Source: an uncultured bacterium (GTDB lineage Bacteria; Patescibacteriota; Minisyncoccia; Phycocordibacterales; DATDWN01). Taken from it: DNA of 64,000 nucleotides. Location: NCBI GenBank assembly GCA_903861205.1, contig CAIOTC010000018.1, forward strand, positions 11,800-75,799, read 5' to 3'. Below the pieces are notes generated by a model. It saw only the letters and a program-made list of their open reading frames with translations, ran no database searches and was not told where the DNA came from. Every line of letters begins with the position of its first letter. The stretch's first letter is position 1. The position numbers and the translations under genes were made by a program. Shown piece after piece: positions 1 through 10,236 of the stretch.

Positions 1-111
1 AATAGGATTAATATTCAGGAAAAACTTGGAGAGTTTGTGAAGACTCAAAGCTTGGATGCCCTTATGAAGGCTTTGGATAAAGAAATGACTGCGGATATAA
101 AAAACAAGTAA
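1..111 (+). CDS. 3' end of a gene entering the window (product unknown)
   Basis: Frame 1 is open from base 1 (NRINIQEKLGEFVK...DIKNK) to TAA at 109-111, 12 bp before the next ATG. Confidence 0.5.
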   Translation, partial: NRINIQEKLGEFVKTQSLDALMKALDKEMTADIKNK

Positions 112-123
112 TTTGCAAGAAAT

Positions 124-1464
124 ATGATTTTCAGCAAAGAAAACAAAGAATATTTTAGAAAAATCGCTCCCGAACAAGATTTTTGGGTAAATAAAAACAA
201 ATATTATCATCGGTATGTGGAATCGTTTATAAATTTTATTCTTCCTGCCGATAAGCGTGTTTTTAATGTAAGGTACAATACCGACACGTTTTCTGGTTTA
301 GGCAGTTATGACTACATCGTTTTTTCTGATATTTTGGGTCATGTTTCAGATGTAGAAAAAACTCTAATCTCCTCGTCCAATATTTTAGAGTCAGACGGTC
401 ATATAATTATTACGCAATATAATTCTCTTTGGGAACCAGTATTAAAAATTGCTTCCAAGTTAGGTTTCAGGAGACCCATGATCGAACAAAACTGGCTCTC
501 TCTAATTGATCTAAAAAATTTTGCGTATATTTCTGGGTTTGATGTTGTAAGATCTGGGACTAAAATGATAATGCCGAAATATATTCCTCTTCTCTCCTTT
601 TTTTTAAATAAATATATATCAAATATTTTTCCTTTTTCAAAACTGGGTATATTTCATTATCTTGTATTAAGAAAATGTCCGCCAACTGCCGTAGCAGTAG
701 AGGCAGCAAAACCATCTCTGTCAATTATAGTGCCAGCCAGAAATGAAGTAGACACTATTAGAAAAATAATCAAAGAGTTGCCGACAATTGGTTCTTTCAC
801 AGAGATAATTTTTGTTGAAGGAAATTCTACCGATGGTACGTTACAAGAAATTAAAAAAGTTACTTCTGAATACAACAGTATTGATAATAAAAAAAATTCA
901 TCTGTTGTTTCTAAAAATATAATAAAATATTTTGTTCAAGACGGTCGTGGTAAGGGGGATGCTGTGCGTAAAGGTTTTGAAGAGGCACAAGGAGATATAT
1001 TGATGATATATGATGCCGATATGACTGTGCCTGCCAACGAAATTTATAAGTTTTATGACTGTTTGATAAGTAAAAAAGGTGATTTTATAAATGGTTCACG
1101 GTTAGTTTATCCAATGGAGAAGGAGTCAATGAGATTTCTCAATATTTTAGGCAACAAATTTTTCTCTTTTGTTTTTAGCGCCATACTCGGCCAACCGATA
1201 AAAGACACACTTTGCGGTACCAAAGTCTTGTGGAAAAAAGATTATCAGGATATTAAAAGAAACAGATCGTTTTTTGGCGACTTTGATCTGTTTGGCGACT
1301 TTGATCTCTTGTTTGGTGCCGTTAAACTCAATTTGAAAATTGTGGATATGCCAATCCATTACAAAGAGAGAAAATATGGACAGACAAACATGAATCGCTT
1401 TAGGCATGGTTGGCTCTTACTTCAAATGACTTTTTTTGCGGCTAAAAAAATAAAATTTATATGA
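124..1464 (+). CDS. GT2 glycosyltransferase (DPM-synthase-like) with a degenerate N-terminal methyltransferase-like region
   Basis: SIIVPARNE, EGNSTDGT, GKGDAV, YDADMT, DTLCGTK motifs; N-terminal YDYIVFSDILGH. Confidence 0.85.
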   Translation: MIFSKENKEYFRKIAPEQDFWVNKNKYYHRYVESFINFILPADKRVFNVRYNTDTFSGLGSYDYIVFSDILGHVSDVEKTLISSSNILESDGHIIITQYNSLWEPVLKIASKLGFRRPMIEQNWLSLIDLKNFAYISGFDVVRSGTKMIMPKYIPLLSFFLNKYISNIFPFSKLGIFHYLVLRKCPPTAVAVEAAKPSLSIIVPARNEVDTIRKIIKELPTIGSFTEIIFVEGNSTDGTLQEIKKVTSEYNSIDNKKNSSVVSKNIIKYFVQDGRGKGDAVRKGFEEAQGDILMIYDADMTVPANEIYKFYDCLISKKGDFINGSRLVYPMEKESMRFLNILGNKFFSFVFSAILGQPIKDTLCGTKVLWKKDYQDIKRNRSFFGDFDLFGDFDLLFGAVKLNLKIVDMPIHYKERKYGQTNMNRFRHGWLLLQMTFFAAKKIKFI

Positions 1465-1488
1465 TATGAAATAATGTATACTTTATAT

Positions 1489-2838
1489 ATGTTTAATATA
1501 AAAGAAAAAATACAAAGTTTGTCAAAATGGTTCAAGATTTTTTTGGGTGTTATAGCCATCATATATTTTGCAGTGTGGTGTTTTAGTATTCACTTATCTC
1601 TGGTTCAAAAGAACATGAATATTAAACCAATTTTGCCAGTTATGTCGAAAGATAGTCAGGAATATGCCAATTTGGCGCAATCTCTGAGGTCAGGCTCGGG
1701 TTTTATCCAAAATGGGAAAATAGAAACTCTCAGAGCTCCCGGCTATCCGATCTTTGTATCAATATTCTCATCCCTTGGCGGTTATTTTGTGGCGACATTT
1801 GTCCAGATTATTTTGGTTTTTTTATCAGCGCTTTTAATCAGGGAGATAGGCATAGTTTTTTCATCAAAGAGACTGGGGGAAATAGCTGGGATTATATTTC
1901 TTTTAAACCCGGTTGTTTTGACTCTTTCTGTAATTATTTTAACAGATATTCTTTTTCTGTTTCTTTTTTTGCTTGGTTTCTATTTAACGATATCATTGCC
2001 AAAAGATAGATTTGTTCAAAAGATTATTCTTGTATCTTTCATATATTCTTGCGCAATTTATGTCAGACCAATGGGAGTTTTTGCTCTGCCGATTTTTGTT
2101 GCTCCATTTTTATTTTCAGAACTTTCTTTGCGAGATAAAGTTAAATCAATCATTGCGATGATTTTTATTGTTTTATTGGCAATTTCACCGTGGGTTTTAC
2201 GAAATTATAAATTGACAGGTGTAGCCGATTTTACTTCTTTCAAAGCCATAAACTTGGGCTATTATGCCGCTCCAATGTTTTTAGCCAACAGAAACCACAG
2301 CGATGTTGTTGCGGAGAGAGCGATTATGGAAAAAGAAATAGGTGTTTCCCAAAATCTTTGGAGGGATCTGCGATATTCTCCGGCAGTTTCAGGTTTGGCC
2401 GAGAAGATTATACTAGAACATCCTTTTTCTTATATGGAATATCATATTATTACATCTTTAACTTTTCTTTTATCTTCTTCAGTAGAATATGCTATCAATA
2501 CTTATAAATCGGCTATCGGTATTTCCGTGGGATCTAATAAGGGAGCGATGTATTATTTAGTTTCGGGAAAGTGGAATTTATTTTTTCAAAGCATTACCGC
2601 TGTTTGGTGGAAAATTTTGGAAAAAATAATCTGGGTTTCAGTGTATATTATAGCTTTGTTTGGATTTTGGAAAGAAAGGAAAAAATCTTTGGTTTGGTTG
2701 TTTTTATTCATATCTTTTTACCTGATGATTTTGTCCGGTCCAGTAGCTAACATTCGCTATTCTATTCAAGCTCTTCCATTTATACTATTTTTGTTTGTTT
2801 CTGGAATTTTTGCTATTCAAAAAAAAATTTATGTATAA
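1489..2838 (+). CDS. Multi-TM GT-C fold glycosyltransferase (ArnT/PMT-like)
   Basis: Many TM helices; DSQEY, RAPGYP and PWVLRNY motifs. Start moved to 1489 because TATACT lies just upstream. Confidence 0.75.
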   Translation: MFNIKEKIQSLSKWFKIFLGVIAIIYFAVWCFSIHLSLVQKNMNIKPILPVMSKDSQEYANLAQSLRSGSGFIQNGKIETLRAPGYPIFVSIFSSLGGYFVATFVQIILVFLSALLIREIGIVFSSKRLGEIAGIIFLLNPVVLTLSVIILTDILFLFLFLLGFYLTISLPKDRFVQKIILVSFIYSCAIYVRPMGVFALPIFVAPFLFSELSLRDKVKSIIAMIFIVLLAISPWVLRNYKLTGVADFTSFKAINLGYYAAPMFLANRNHSDVVAERAIMEKEIGVSQNLWRDLRYSPAVSGLAEKIILEHPFSYMEYHIITSLTFLLSSSVEYAINTYKSAIGISVGSNKGAMYYLVSGKWNLFFQSITAVWWKILEKIIWVSVYIIALFGFWKERKKSLVWLFLFISFYLMILSGPVANIRYSIQALPFILFLFVSGIFAIQKKIYV

Positions 2839-3544
2839 ACAGAAAAAAGTTAGCGTTGTCATATCTACATTCAATGAAGAAAAAACTATTAGGGGTGTAA
2901 TAGATAATTTTTTTGCGACCGGTGTGGTTGATGAAGTTATTGCTATAGATAACAATGCGCTTGGAAACACGAAAATTGAAATAGAAAAAACAAAAGCCAA
3001 AAGAGTGGTGGAAACAAAACAGGGCTATGGACACGGTTACATGCGTGGACTTCTGGAAGCCACAGGGGATTTGATTGTCATGACCGAAGCAGACGGGACT
3101 TTTGAGCCGGAGGATATTCACAAATTTTTGATTTACAGCGATGATTTTCCGATCGTGTTTGGTACACGCACGTCGCGAGCGGCCATCTGGTCCGGAGCTT
3201 TCATGCCTTTTTCTGTGCGGTTTGCCAACTGGCTGTGGGCCAAAGCGGTAGAAGTTTTATATAACGGTCCGGTTTTGACGGACGTCGGGTGCACCTACAA
3301 ATTGCTCGATAGACGATCTCTCGAGCACATAAAAAAATATTTTCATTTGTCGAAAGGCGACGGCACATTTTCGCCGGAGTTGATGATTTGGCTTTTGAGC
3401 AAAGAAAAAAGAATTATCGAAATTCCCGTCATGTATAAACCGCGCATCGGCAGATCCGGCTACACCGGAAGTGTCTGGAAAGCGGCACGGCTTGGTTTCA
3501 AAATGTTGCCGGTAATAATAAAATACAAGTTTAAAAAAATATGA
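2831..3544 (+). CDS. GT2 polyprenol-phosphate glycosyltransferase
   Basis: VSVVISTFNEE, QGYG, EADGT, TDVGCTYK; ATG overlaps the upstream stop. Confidence 0.85.
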   Translation: MYKQKKVSVVISTFNEEKTIRGVIDNFFATGVVDEVIAIDNNALGNTKIEIEKTKAKRVVETKQGYGHGYMRGLLEATGDLIVMTEADGTFEPEDIHKFLIYSDDFPIVFGTRTSRAAIWSGAFMPFSVRFANWLWAKAVEVLYNGPVLTDVGCTYKLLDRRSLEHIKKYFHLSKGDGTFSPELMIWLLSKEKRIIEIPVMYKPRIGRSGYTGSVWKAARLGFKMLPVIIKYKFKKI

Positions 3545-4194
3545 CTCAAGACACATATTATGCTACCAGGTATGTTTTTGATTCGAACAGAACTGTTGTC
3601 TGGAAAGAGATCGTCAAATTTTTACAAAAGTATGTTCAGGCCGGCGAAACAGTTTTGGACTTGGGTGCCGGATATTGTGATTTTATTAATAACATTGAAG
3701 CGGAAAAAAAATACGCCGTTGATGTTTCTCCGGAATTGGAAAAATATGCTGGTGAAAATGTTAAAAAAATAAATTCTCCGGCTTGGGATTTGTCGCTTGT
3801 CCAAGATGGTTCGGTCGATGTTGTTTTTGCCAGCAACTTGCTCGAGCATTTGGCGGACGACGAATTGCAGAAAACGATGAAAGAAATAACTCGTGTTTTG
3901 AAACCAAAAGGCAAACTTATTTTAATGCAACCGAATTATCGCTTGTCGAAAAAACATTATTTTGACGATCCTACTCACAAGAAAATTTTCGATGACATTT
4001 CTTTGCGGGATTTTCTTTTATTGCATGGTTTTAAAATATTGCTGAAGATGCCTCGCTTTTTACCTCTCTCTATGCGTTCAAATTCTTCGCTTGTTCCGAA
4101 CTTTCTTCTGCCAATTATTGTTCGCTTTTATATTCATTCACCCATAAAACCTTTCGCCGGCCAAATGCTTTTTGTGACGGAAATTAAAAAATAG
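3541..4194 (+). CDS. Class I SAM-dependent methyltransferase
   Basis: VLDLGAG, SNLLEHL, RVLKPKG. Confidence 0.85.
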   Translation: MTQDTYYATRYVFDSNRTVVWKEIVKFLQKYVQAGETVLDLGAGYCDFINNIEAEKKYAVDVSPELEKYAGENVKKINSPAWDLSLVQDGSVDVVFASNLLEHLADDELQKTMKEITRVLKPKGKLILMQPNYRLSKKHYFDDPTHKKIFDDISLRDFLLLHGFKILLKMPRFLPLSMRSNSSLVPNFLLPIIVRFYIHSPIKPFAGQMLFVTEIKK

Positions 4195-4199
4195 AAAAA

Positions 4200-4225
4200 G
4201 ACTCGTCCGTTTGCACGAACGAGTC
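4200..4225. terminator. Hairpin between convergent genes
   Basis: GACTCGT...ACGAGTC inverted repeat preceded by an A-run. Confidence 0.5.
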
Positions 4226-4229
4226 CTGG

Positions 4230-4817
4230 TTACTTGGCGACCGGCTGGTGAATTTTTGTCGCCCATCGAGCCATGTATTCCGGTCCTCGCCAGGCGAGAT
4301 ACCAGAAAAACGGAGTTGGCGCGGCTTGGAACAGGAGTGCTGTCCAGGCGTGTCGGTATGACCTCATTGGGCTTTCCCAGTCAATTGTAAGTCCCAAAGG
4401 CACTGAGCAAATCCGGATGTCGGATTGTGGAAAGAACGTCCGCCAGACGATTCGACACCGTCTGGAATGGGCTTCGTCCGTGACAACTATGATGGTTGTG
4501 GGAATGAACGAAAGAGAGTTTTTGATTTTGACGCACTCTTCAATCGTTGTCATTACATTACCAACATACCCTGATCTGGGCAGCTTTTCTTTCAGGTAAA
4601 GTTCTGCCGCTGGATTTGGGGAAGCTGTGAAAGTTCCAAACCGACAAATTGCTAATGGATATTTCCCCAATAATCTGCGGGTTTGGTTTGTTGCGGCGTA
4701 TGCGCTAAGCGTAGGATGTGTTTTGGTCGCTCCGTGAGCAACAGGAACAACTAAATCTGCTTCAGCGGGCAAATTGTCATTGACTGCCCACAACTTCGCT
4801 AGCCATTTAATGGGCAT
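4230..4817 (-). CDS. YdcF/DUF218-like protein
   Basis: TTIEE and IIVVTDEAHSRR motifs; own promoter TTGCTT-N17-CATAAT and SD GAGAGG. Confidence 0.6.
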   Translation of the reverse strand: MPIKWLAKLWAVNDNLPAEADLVVPVAHGATKTHPTLSAYAATNQTRRLLGKYPLAICRFGTFTASPNPAAELYLKEKLPRSGYVGNVMTTIEECVKIKNSLSFIPTTIIVVTDEAHSRRCRIVWRTFFPQSDIRICSVPLGLTIDWESPMRSYRHAWTALLFQAAPTPFFWYLAWRGPEYMARWATKIHQPVAK

Positions 4818-4904
4818 TAGACACCTCTCTTTCTATTATGTCATAAGCAGCTGGAAAAAGCAAGTCTATTTAAAATGTGCCTATTTTGCTAATATTTTAA
4901 ACAC

Positions 4905-6593
4905 ATGATTCAAAACAGCATCAAATGGTCTCAAAAGCATGAATGGTTTATCGTTTTGGTTTTGCTTTTGACTTTCATCCTTATACGTTTGCCCGGAGTG
5001 AATTCTCCGCTTCATCAGGACGAATACAAATGGCCGGTTATCGTAAATCCGGCCACTGCAAATGGTGTGGAAATTCCTCATCCACCGATCGGAGAATTTA
5101 TTTACCGGACAGCCGGAGAAATTATCGGATTCAATGTTCACTTTCGCTTCGTCCCACTTTTTTTTGGTGCGATCAATTTGCTTATGCTGTACTATTTTCT
5201 GCGAATGAATTTTGGCAGACTCGTAGCAATAATCGGCGCGACGCTTTTTACCTTGTCGTATTTTTCCATTCTGGCTTCGCTGATGGTTGATACTGACGGA
5301 CAGATAATTCCTTTCTTTTTTCTATTAGCTTTGATTGGTTACGGAAAATCTCAAATTTCATCCGGCAAAAAAAGAATATCTTGGCTCGTGCTTTTGGCAG
5401 TGGCATCAATCCTGGGTTTTTTTGTCAAAGTCAGTTTTGCTCTGGTTATTTGCGCTATTACTGCGGATTGGCTATGGGGTAAAAAATCACAAATGACCAA
5501 AAAAGATGTTTTGGAATATTTAGGGTATGGTTTTGGTGGGATTCTAATTTTAATCATTCTTCTTTTTCTTTCTCAATATGTTTTTAATTTTTTTAATTTA
5601 TCCAAAGCGCTTGCTTACTGGGAACATTTCGCCAATTTAAACAGAAATTGGTTTCAGACGGGCATACAGGTGGTTAAAGCAATTTTATATACCTCGCCAT
5701 TTATCTTGTTTGTTCCATTTTTCTTGTCTAAAGAAGATATAAAAAAAATCAGACCATTCCTACTATATATTATTTTTGGAATGATTTTTTATACGATTCT
5801 TTTTGACTTTTCCATTGGTGCACTTGATAGGTATTTGCAGTTTTTAATTATTCCACTTTGTGCGATATCGGCAGTAGTGATTGTGTCCGTGATGCAATCG
5901 GGTGATAATAAGAGAAATAGAGAATATATTTTTCTTGGTACAATTTTTGCTTTGATTTTATTTATGACAGTTTTTGTTCCTCATTTTGTACCATCACTTC
6001 AACCAAAATCAGCCTGGATTTCTCGGGCATTAAGTTTGAAATGGAATTTTCTTTATCCGTTTTTCGGCGGTTCTGGACCTCTTGGATTTTATGTTTCTTT
6101 TTTGTTCATGGCTTTATCGTGGATTGTATCTGTTATTTTAATTGCAATCGGACTTATAAAACCACATTTGAGAAAAATGGTTATTCTTATTTTAATACCA
6201 ATCGGTTTGGCTTATAACCTGACATTTACCGAGGAATATCTCTTTGGTAAAATAAATGGATCAGCTCCAAAACTTTTGAATGGAGCTGTAGAATTTATTA
6301 AAAATGACCAAGTTATAAAATCTGTCATAGTTTACAATGATAATGGTGGAAATGAAATTCAAAATATTGGCAAATATAAAAGACGTTTGTATCTTGATCC
6401 AATGTTTTTTGGACAGATAGATTATATGAATCAAAATAAAGGATTTTATTTTGTTTTGGATGTTCCTCGAATTGATCCGGAAAGTCTCTATGTTAAATAT
6501 TTCAATTCTTGTAAGATAGTGTATAAAGAGATAGATAAAAAAATGTCGGCAACGATTTACGATTGTAAAAATGTGCCGGATGTAAAAAGTTAA
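4905..6593 (+). CDS. Multi-TM GT-C fold glycosyltransferase
   Basis: HQDE after the first TM, PHPP, RFVPL; about 12 TM segments. Confidence 0.75.
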   Translation: MIQNSIKWSQKHEWFIVLVLLLTFILIRLPGVNSPLHQDEYKWPVIVNPATANGVEIPHPPIGEFIYRTAGEIIGFNVHFRFVPLFFGAINLLMLYYFLRMNFGRLVAIIGATLFTLSYFSILASLMVDTDGQIIPFFFLLALIGYGKSQISSGKKRISWLVLLAVASILGFFVKVSFALVICAITADWLWGKKSQMTKKDVLEYLGYGFGGILILIILLFLSQYVFNFFNLSKALAYWEHFANLNRNWFQTGIQVVKAILYTSPFILFVPFFLSKEDIKKIRPFLLYIIFGMIFYTILFDFSIGALDRYLQFLIIPLCAISAVVIVSVMQSGDNKRNREYIFLGTIFALILFMTVFVPHFVPSLQPKSAWISRALSLKWNFLYPFFGGSGPLGFYVSFLFMALSWIVSVILIAIGLIKPHLRKMVILILIPIGLAYNLTFTEEYLFGKINGSAPKLLNGAVEFIKNDQVIKSVIVYNDNGGNEIQNIGKYKRRLYLDPMFFGQIDYMNQNKGFYFVLDVPRIDPESLYVKYFNSCKIVYKEIDKKMSATIYDCKNVPDVKS

Positions 6594-6594
6594 A

Positions 6595-7185
6595 ATGAAA
6601 TACAAACAATTTATAGATCAAAAAATCAGAGACATAAGCAAGGGGAAAGTGATATTGGATGTTGGCGGGGGAGATCCTTTTACCAAATGGTTAGCTTCAT
6701 ATAAAAATTTTTTTGCTGATTGTGATTATCGCACTATGGATTATGACATCTCAACAGGGGCTGACGTTATAGGAGACATTCATAAAATTCCTTTAGCTGA
6801 TAATAGTGTGGATGGAATAATATGCAGTTCGGTATTGGAGCATGTCAGTAATCCTATTCTGGCCACGCAAGAAATAAAAAGGATACTAAAACCAAACGGT
6901 AAACTGTTTGTTTATGTTCCTTCCATTTATCCATATCACGCCAAAAAAGGGCATTATCCCGATATGTGGAGATTTTTTGATGATTCTATCGATATGCTTT
7001 TCCAAGATTTTTCTTCTGTTGAAATATGTAAATTCGGTGGATATTTTAGAGCCATGTTCTTTTTTGTGCCGATGCAACATAAATTACAGTTTATTTTAAA
7101 ACCACTGTCAGGTTTTTTAGATAATCTTTTTAAGACTGAAAAAAGGAGTACTACTGCCGGATATTATATTTATGCTATTAAATAA
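6595..7185 (+). CDS. Class I SAM-dependent methyltransferase
   Basis: ILDVGGG, SVLEHV, RILKPNG, YPYH..YPDMWRF. Confidence 0.85.
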   Translation: MKYKQFIDQKIRDISKGKVILDVGGGDPFTKWLASYKNFFADCDYRTMDYDISTGADVIGDIHKIPLADNSVDGIICSSVLEHVSNPILATQEIKRILKPNGKLFVYVPSIYPYHAKKGHYPDMWRFFDDSIDMLFQDFSSVEICKFGGYFRAMFFFVPMQHKLQFILKPLSGFLDNLFKTEKRSTTAGYYIYAIK

Positions 7186-7186
7186 A

Positions 7187-8251
7187 ATGAAAAGAATATT
7201 AATTATAATTAATAATTTTGGTGTAGGTGGGGCCGAAAGACTCATTATAGATGACGCCAATGAATTGTTAAAAAGAAGTGATGTTGATTTTAAAATCATT
7301 ACTTTAAAAAATGAGGGTAAAGATTCTCTCGCTGAACAATTAAATAAAAATGTAAAATGGGAATGTGTGCATTTTAATGATTTTTTTGATATTAAATCTT
7401 GGTTTTTGTTGTGTAGACAAATTAAAAATTTTGATTCGGATATTTTATTTACACACTTATGGTTTTCAAATACAATAGGAAGAATATCGGGTAAATTGGT
7501 CGGCGTCTCCGAAATCATCTCTTTTGAGCATAATGTTTATGATAGTTTAAAAACGAGGAAAATGTTTTTTGTTGATTGGGTTTTGCAATTATTATCTAAT
7601 AAAATTATCGCTGTTTCTAATGCTGTGAAAAAATCATTAGTAAAACATAAAATAAGAGAAAATAAAATAAAAGTTATTTTAAACGGCATTGATGTTTCAA
7701 GATATCAAAATTTGAATATTACTGTCTTAGATGGTGAACAAAAAAAAGATTTCACTTTTGTTTATATTGGTCGTTTAATCTACCAAAAAGGAGTGGACAT
7801 TTTGCTTAGAGCTTTTGCTTCTGTAAAAAATGGAAAGTTGCTTGTCGTGGGTGATGGAGTTGAAAGAGATAGTCTGGTTAAATTATCCAAAGAATTAAAA
7901 ATAACAGACAGAGTAAAATTTTTAGGCATAAGAAAAGACATTCCGGAAATATTATCTTACGCGGATTGCTTTATTTTGCCTTCCAGATACGAGGGCCTTC
8001 CCATGGTCTTATTAGAAGCTGTTGCATCTCATAAAATAATAATTATTTCTGATTTTGAATCGGCAACGGAAGTTATTAATAATGGAGAGAATGGTTTAAT
8101 TGTCATTAAAAATAATGTGGTACAGTTAGCGTCTTCCGCTTCTTTAATCTTAGAAGATGGTGAACTTCGTGATAAACTTCGAATCGGTGTTTTTAATATT
8201 TCTAAATGTATATCAATAGAAAATCATATAAATCGCGTTCTATCACTGTAA
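7187..8251 (+). CDS. GT4 glycosyltransferase
   Basis: GGAER, GRLIYQKG, PSRYEGLPMVLLEA. Confidence 0.9.
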   Translation: MKRILIIINNFGVGGAERLIIDDANELLKRSDVDFKIITLKNEGKDSLAEQLNKNVKWECVHFNDFFDIKSWFLLCRQIKNFDSDILFTHLWFSNTIGRISGKLVGVSEIISFEHNVYDSLKTRKMFFVDWVLQLLSNKIIAVSNAVKKSLVKHKIRENKIKVILNGIDVSRYQNLNITVLDGEQKKDFTFVYIGRLIYQKGVDILLRAFASVKNGKLLVVGDGVERDSLVKLSKELKITDRVKFLGIRKDIPEILSYADCFILPSRYEGLPMVLLEAVASHKIIIISDFESATEVINNGENGLIVIKNNVVQLASSASLILEDGELRDKLRIGVFNISKCISIENHINRVLSL

Positions 8252-8254
8252 TTT

Positions 8255-9079
8255 ATGAAAAAATTATCAGAAAAAAATTATTGGGATTCCATATATAAAA
8301 ATATAATAAAAAATGACCAAACAAGAGGTCTGTCATATTTTATTAAATTTAAAGGTTTTATTAAGCATATAAGCAGAGATTATAGCAATCACGTTTTATC
8401 AGAGTTATATTTAAAATATCTTCCAAAATCTCCAGATTTGAAAATAATTGAAATAGGTTGTGCTCCTGGTAAATATCTGATAAATTTTCACAAACAATTT
8501 GGTTACATGCCGTACGGGGTGGAATATTCAGAAGAAGGTTGCTCAATTACAAAGAACAATTTTTTAAAAGCAGGCATAAATCCAGAAAATATTATAAAAG
8601 CAGACTTTTTTGATGATAGCTTCCAGTTACAAAATCAAAAAAAATACGATCTGGTTTTTTCGAGAGGTTTTATAGAACATTTTGATGATGTAGATAAAGT
8701 AATTGATAATCATATAAAACTTTTGAAAGATGGGGGATATTTGATCGTGTCCATTCCAAACATAAGAGGAATAAATTATTCGATATTAAAACTATCAAAT
8801 CGTAATTCACTTATTACTCACAATTTTTCAATTATGGATAAAAAAGTTTTTCGTAAACTATTTGAAAATAGAGACCTAAATTTTATTTATTGTAATTATA
8901 TAGGAACTTTTAGTTTTGGTTTATTTAATACAAATAAAAAATGGAAGTATTATTTATGGAGAATTTCACTTATAATACAAAGACCATTTGATTTTATTTT
9001 GAGGGTGGTTTTTGGTGGTTATCATATAAAAAATAAATACACAAGTCCGTACTTGATTTTCATCGGCAGAAAAAAGTAA
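8255..9079 (+). CDS. Class I SAM-dependent methyltransferase
   Basis: IEIGCAPG, GFIEHF, LLKDGG. Confidence 0.85.
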   Translation: MKKLSEKNYWDSIYKNIIKNDQTRGLSYFIKFKGFIKHISRDYSNHVLSELYLKYLPKSPDLKIIEIGCAPGKYLINFHKQFGYMPYGVEYSEEGCSITKNNFLKAGINPENIIKADFFDDSFQLQNQKKYDLVFSRGFIEHFDDVDKVIDNHIKLLKDGGYLIVSIPNIRGINYSILKLSNRNSLITHNFSIMDKKVFRKLFENRDLNFIYCNYIGTFSFGLFNTNKKWKYYLWRISLIIQRPFDFILRVVFGGYHIKNKYTSPYLIFIGRKK

Positions 9080-9099
9080 CATTATTTTTTAGTAAAAAT

Positions 9100-10236
9100 A
9101 TGCAACTCATCCATTTAACAGCCAAAAGATTTAAAAATTTAACTGCTGACAGCATTTATGTTTCAAATTTGACGAGACAGTTTAATAAATCCTTGCCAAA
9201 TGATTACATGTTAATTGTTGGAAATAAATTGAAAGAACAATTTATTGGAGTTAATGTAATTGATTTACACATTAGTTCTTGGGGTAATGGACTATTATAC
9301 TTTTGGCTTCCATATCTTTTTTATTTTTTTTGGCTTCCATATTTTATATTGAAGAAAAAAATCAATAATTCAGAAAAAATATTTTTTTCCAGCGATGCTA
9401 ATTTATTGGTTTTTATTATTTGGTGGAGGAAAATTTTTCGATTCAAATTTAAAATTTGTTCAGATTGGCATATGATGCACAATAATTTTAAAGACAACTA
9501 TATTGCAAAAAATTCAGAGTACATAATAACCACTTCAGAGAAATTGAAAAAGAACATGGTTAATAAATTAGGAATAAGTCCAACTAAAATTCAGGTTGTC
9601 TACGGCGGAGTGGATTTGAGTGTGTTTGAAAATGATTCAAGACCAGAAGCTTCCTTGCGGAAAGATTTGGGTTTGCCGGAATCTGACATTTTGGTCGGAT
9701 ATGTCGGTTTTTATAAAACTATGGGTATGAGCAAGGGAATAGAGACAATGATCGATGCCCTGCGTTTTATAAGTGATGAAAACATAAAAATGGTCTTTGT
9801 CGGGGGTAGAGGTAGGGAGATAGAGGAATATGGAGATTTTACCTTAAAATTAGGCTTGTCTACTAACAGGACTATCTTTGTCCCAGCCGTGTCCAGTGAG
9901 GCCACAATGGCTTATGAGAGGGCTATGGACATACTTGTGATACCTTACCCCAATAAGCCTCATTTCCGCGATTTTGGCTTTCCCATGAAGGTTTACGAGT
10001 ATATGGCAAGCAGGAGGCCGGTCATATATTCAAAGCTAGACTTAGTTGAAGAAGTAATAGGTGATTGCGCACTCGGTTTTGAGGCTGACAATGCGAAAGA
10101 TTTAGCTCAAAAGATTGTTGAATTAGAAACAAATACGACACTTTCTGCCGATTTGGCGAACAGGGCTTATGAAAAAGTTGAGGAATATAGCTGGCAAAAA
10201 AAGGCAGAAAATATTTTGGAATTCATTAAAAAATAG
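9100..10236 (+). CDS. GT4 glycosyltransferase
   Basis: GVDL, KGIETMIDA, PMKVYEYMA, YSWQKKA. Confidence 0.85.
   Translation: MQLIHLTAKRFKNLTADSIYVSNLTRQFNKSLPNDYMLIVGNKLKEQFIGVNVIDLHISSWGNGLLYFWLPYLFYFFWLPYFILKKKINNSEKIFFSSDANLLVFIIWWRKIFRFKFKICSDWHMMHNNFKDNYIAKNSEYIITTSEKLKKNMVNKLGISPTKIQVVYGGVDLSVFENDSRPEASLRKDLGLPESDILVGYVGFYKTMGMSKGIETMIDALRFISDENIKMVFVGGRGREIEEYGDFTLKLGLSTNRTIFVPAVSSEATMAYERAMDILVIPYPNKPHFRDFGFPMKVYEYMASRRPVIYSKLDLVEEVIGDCALGFEADNAKDLAQKIVELETNTTLSADLANRAYEKVEEYSWQKKAENILEFIKK

Noticed and set aside
1271-1308. Tandem TTTGGCGACTTTGATCT repeat in the GT2 gene
   Set aside because: It encodes FGDFDLFGDFDLL, which looks like the usual FGDFD(P)FGDFDL motif of this family rather than a mobile repeat.
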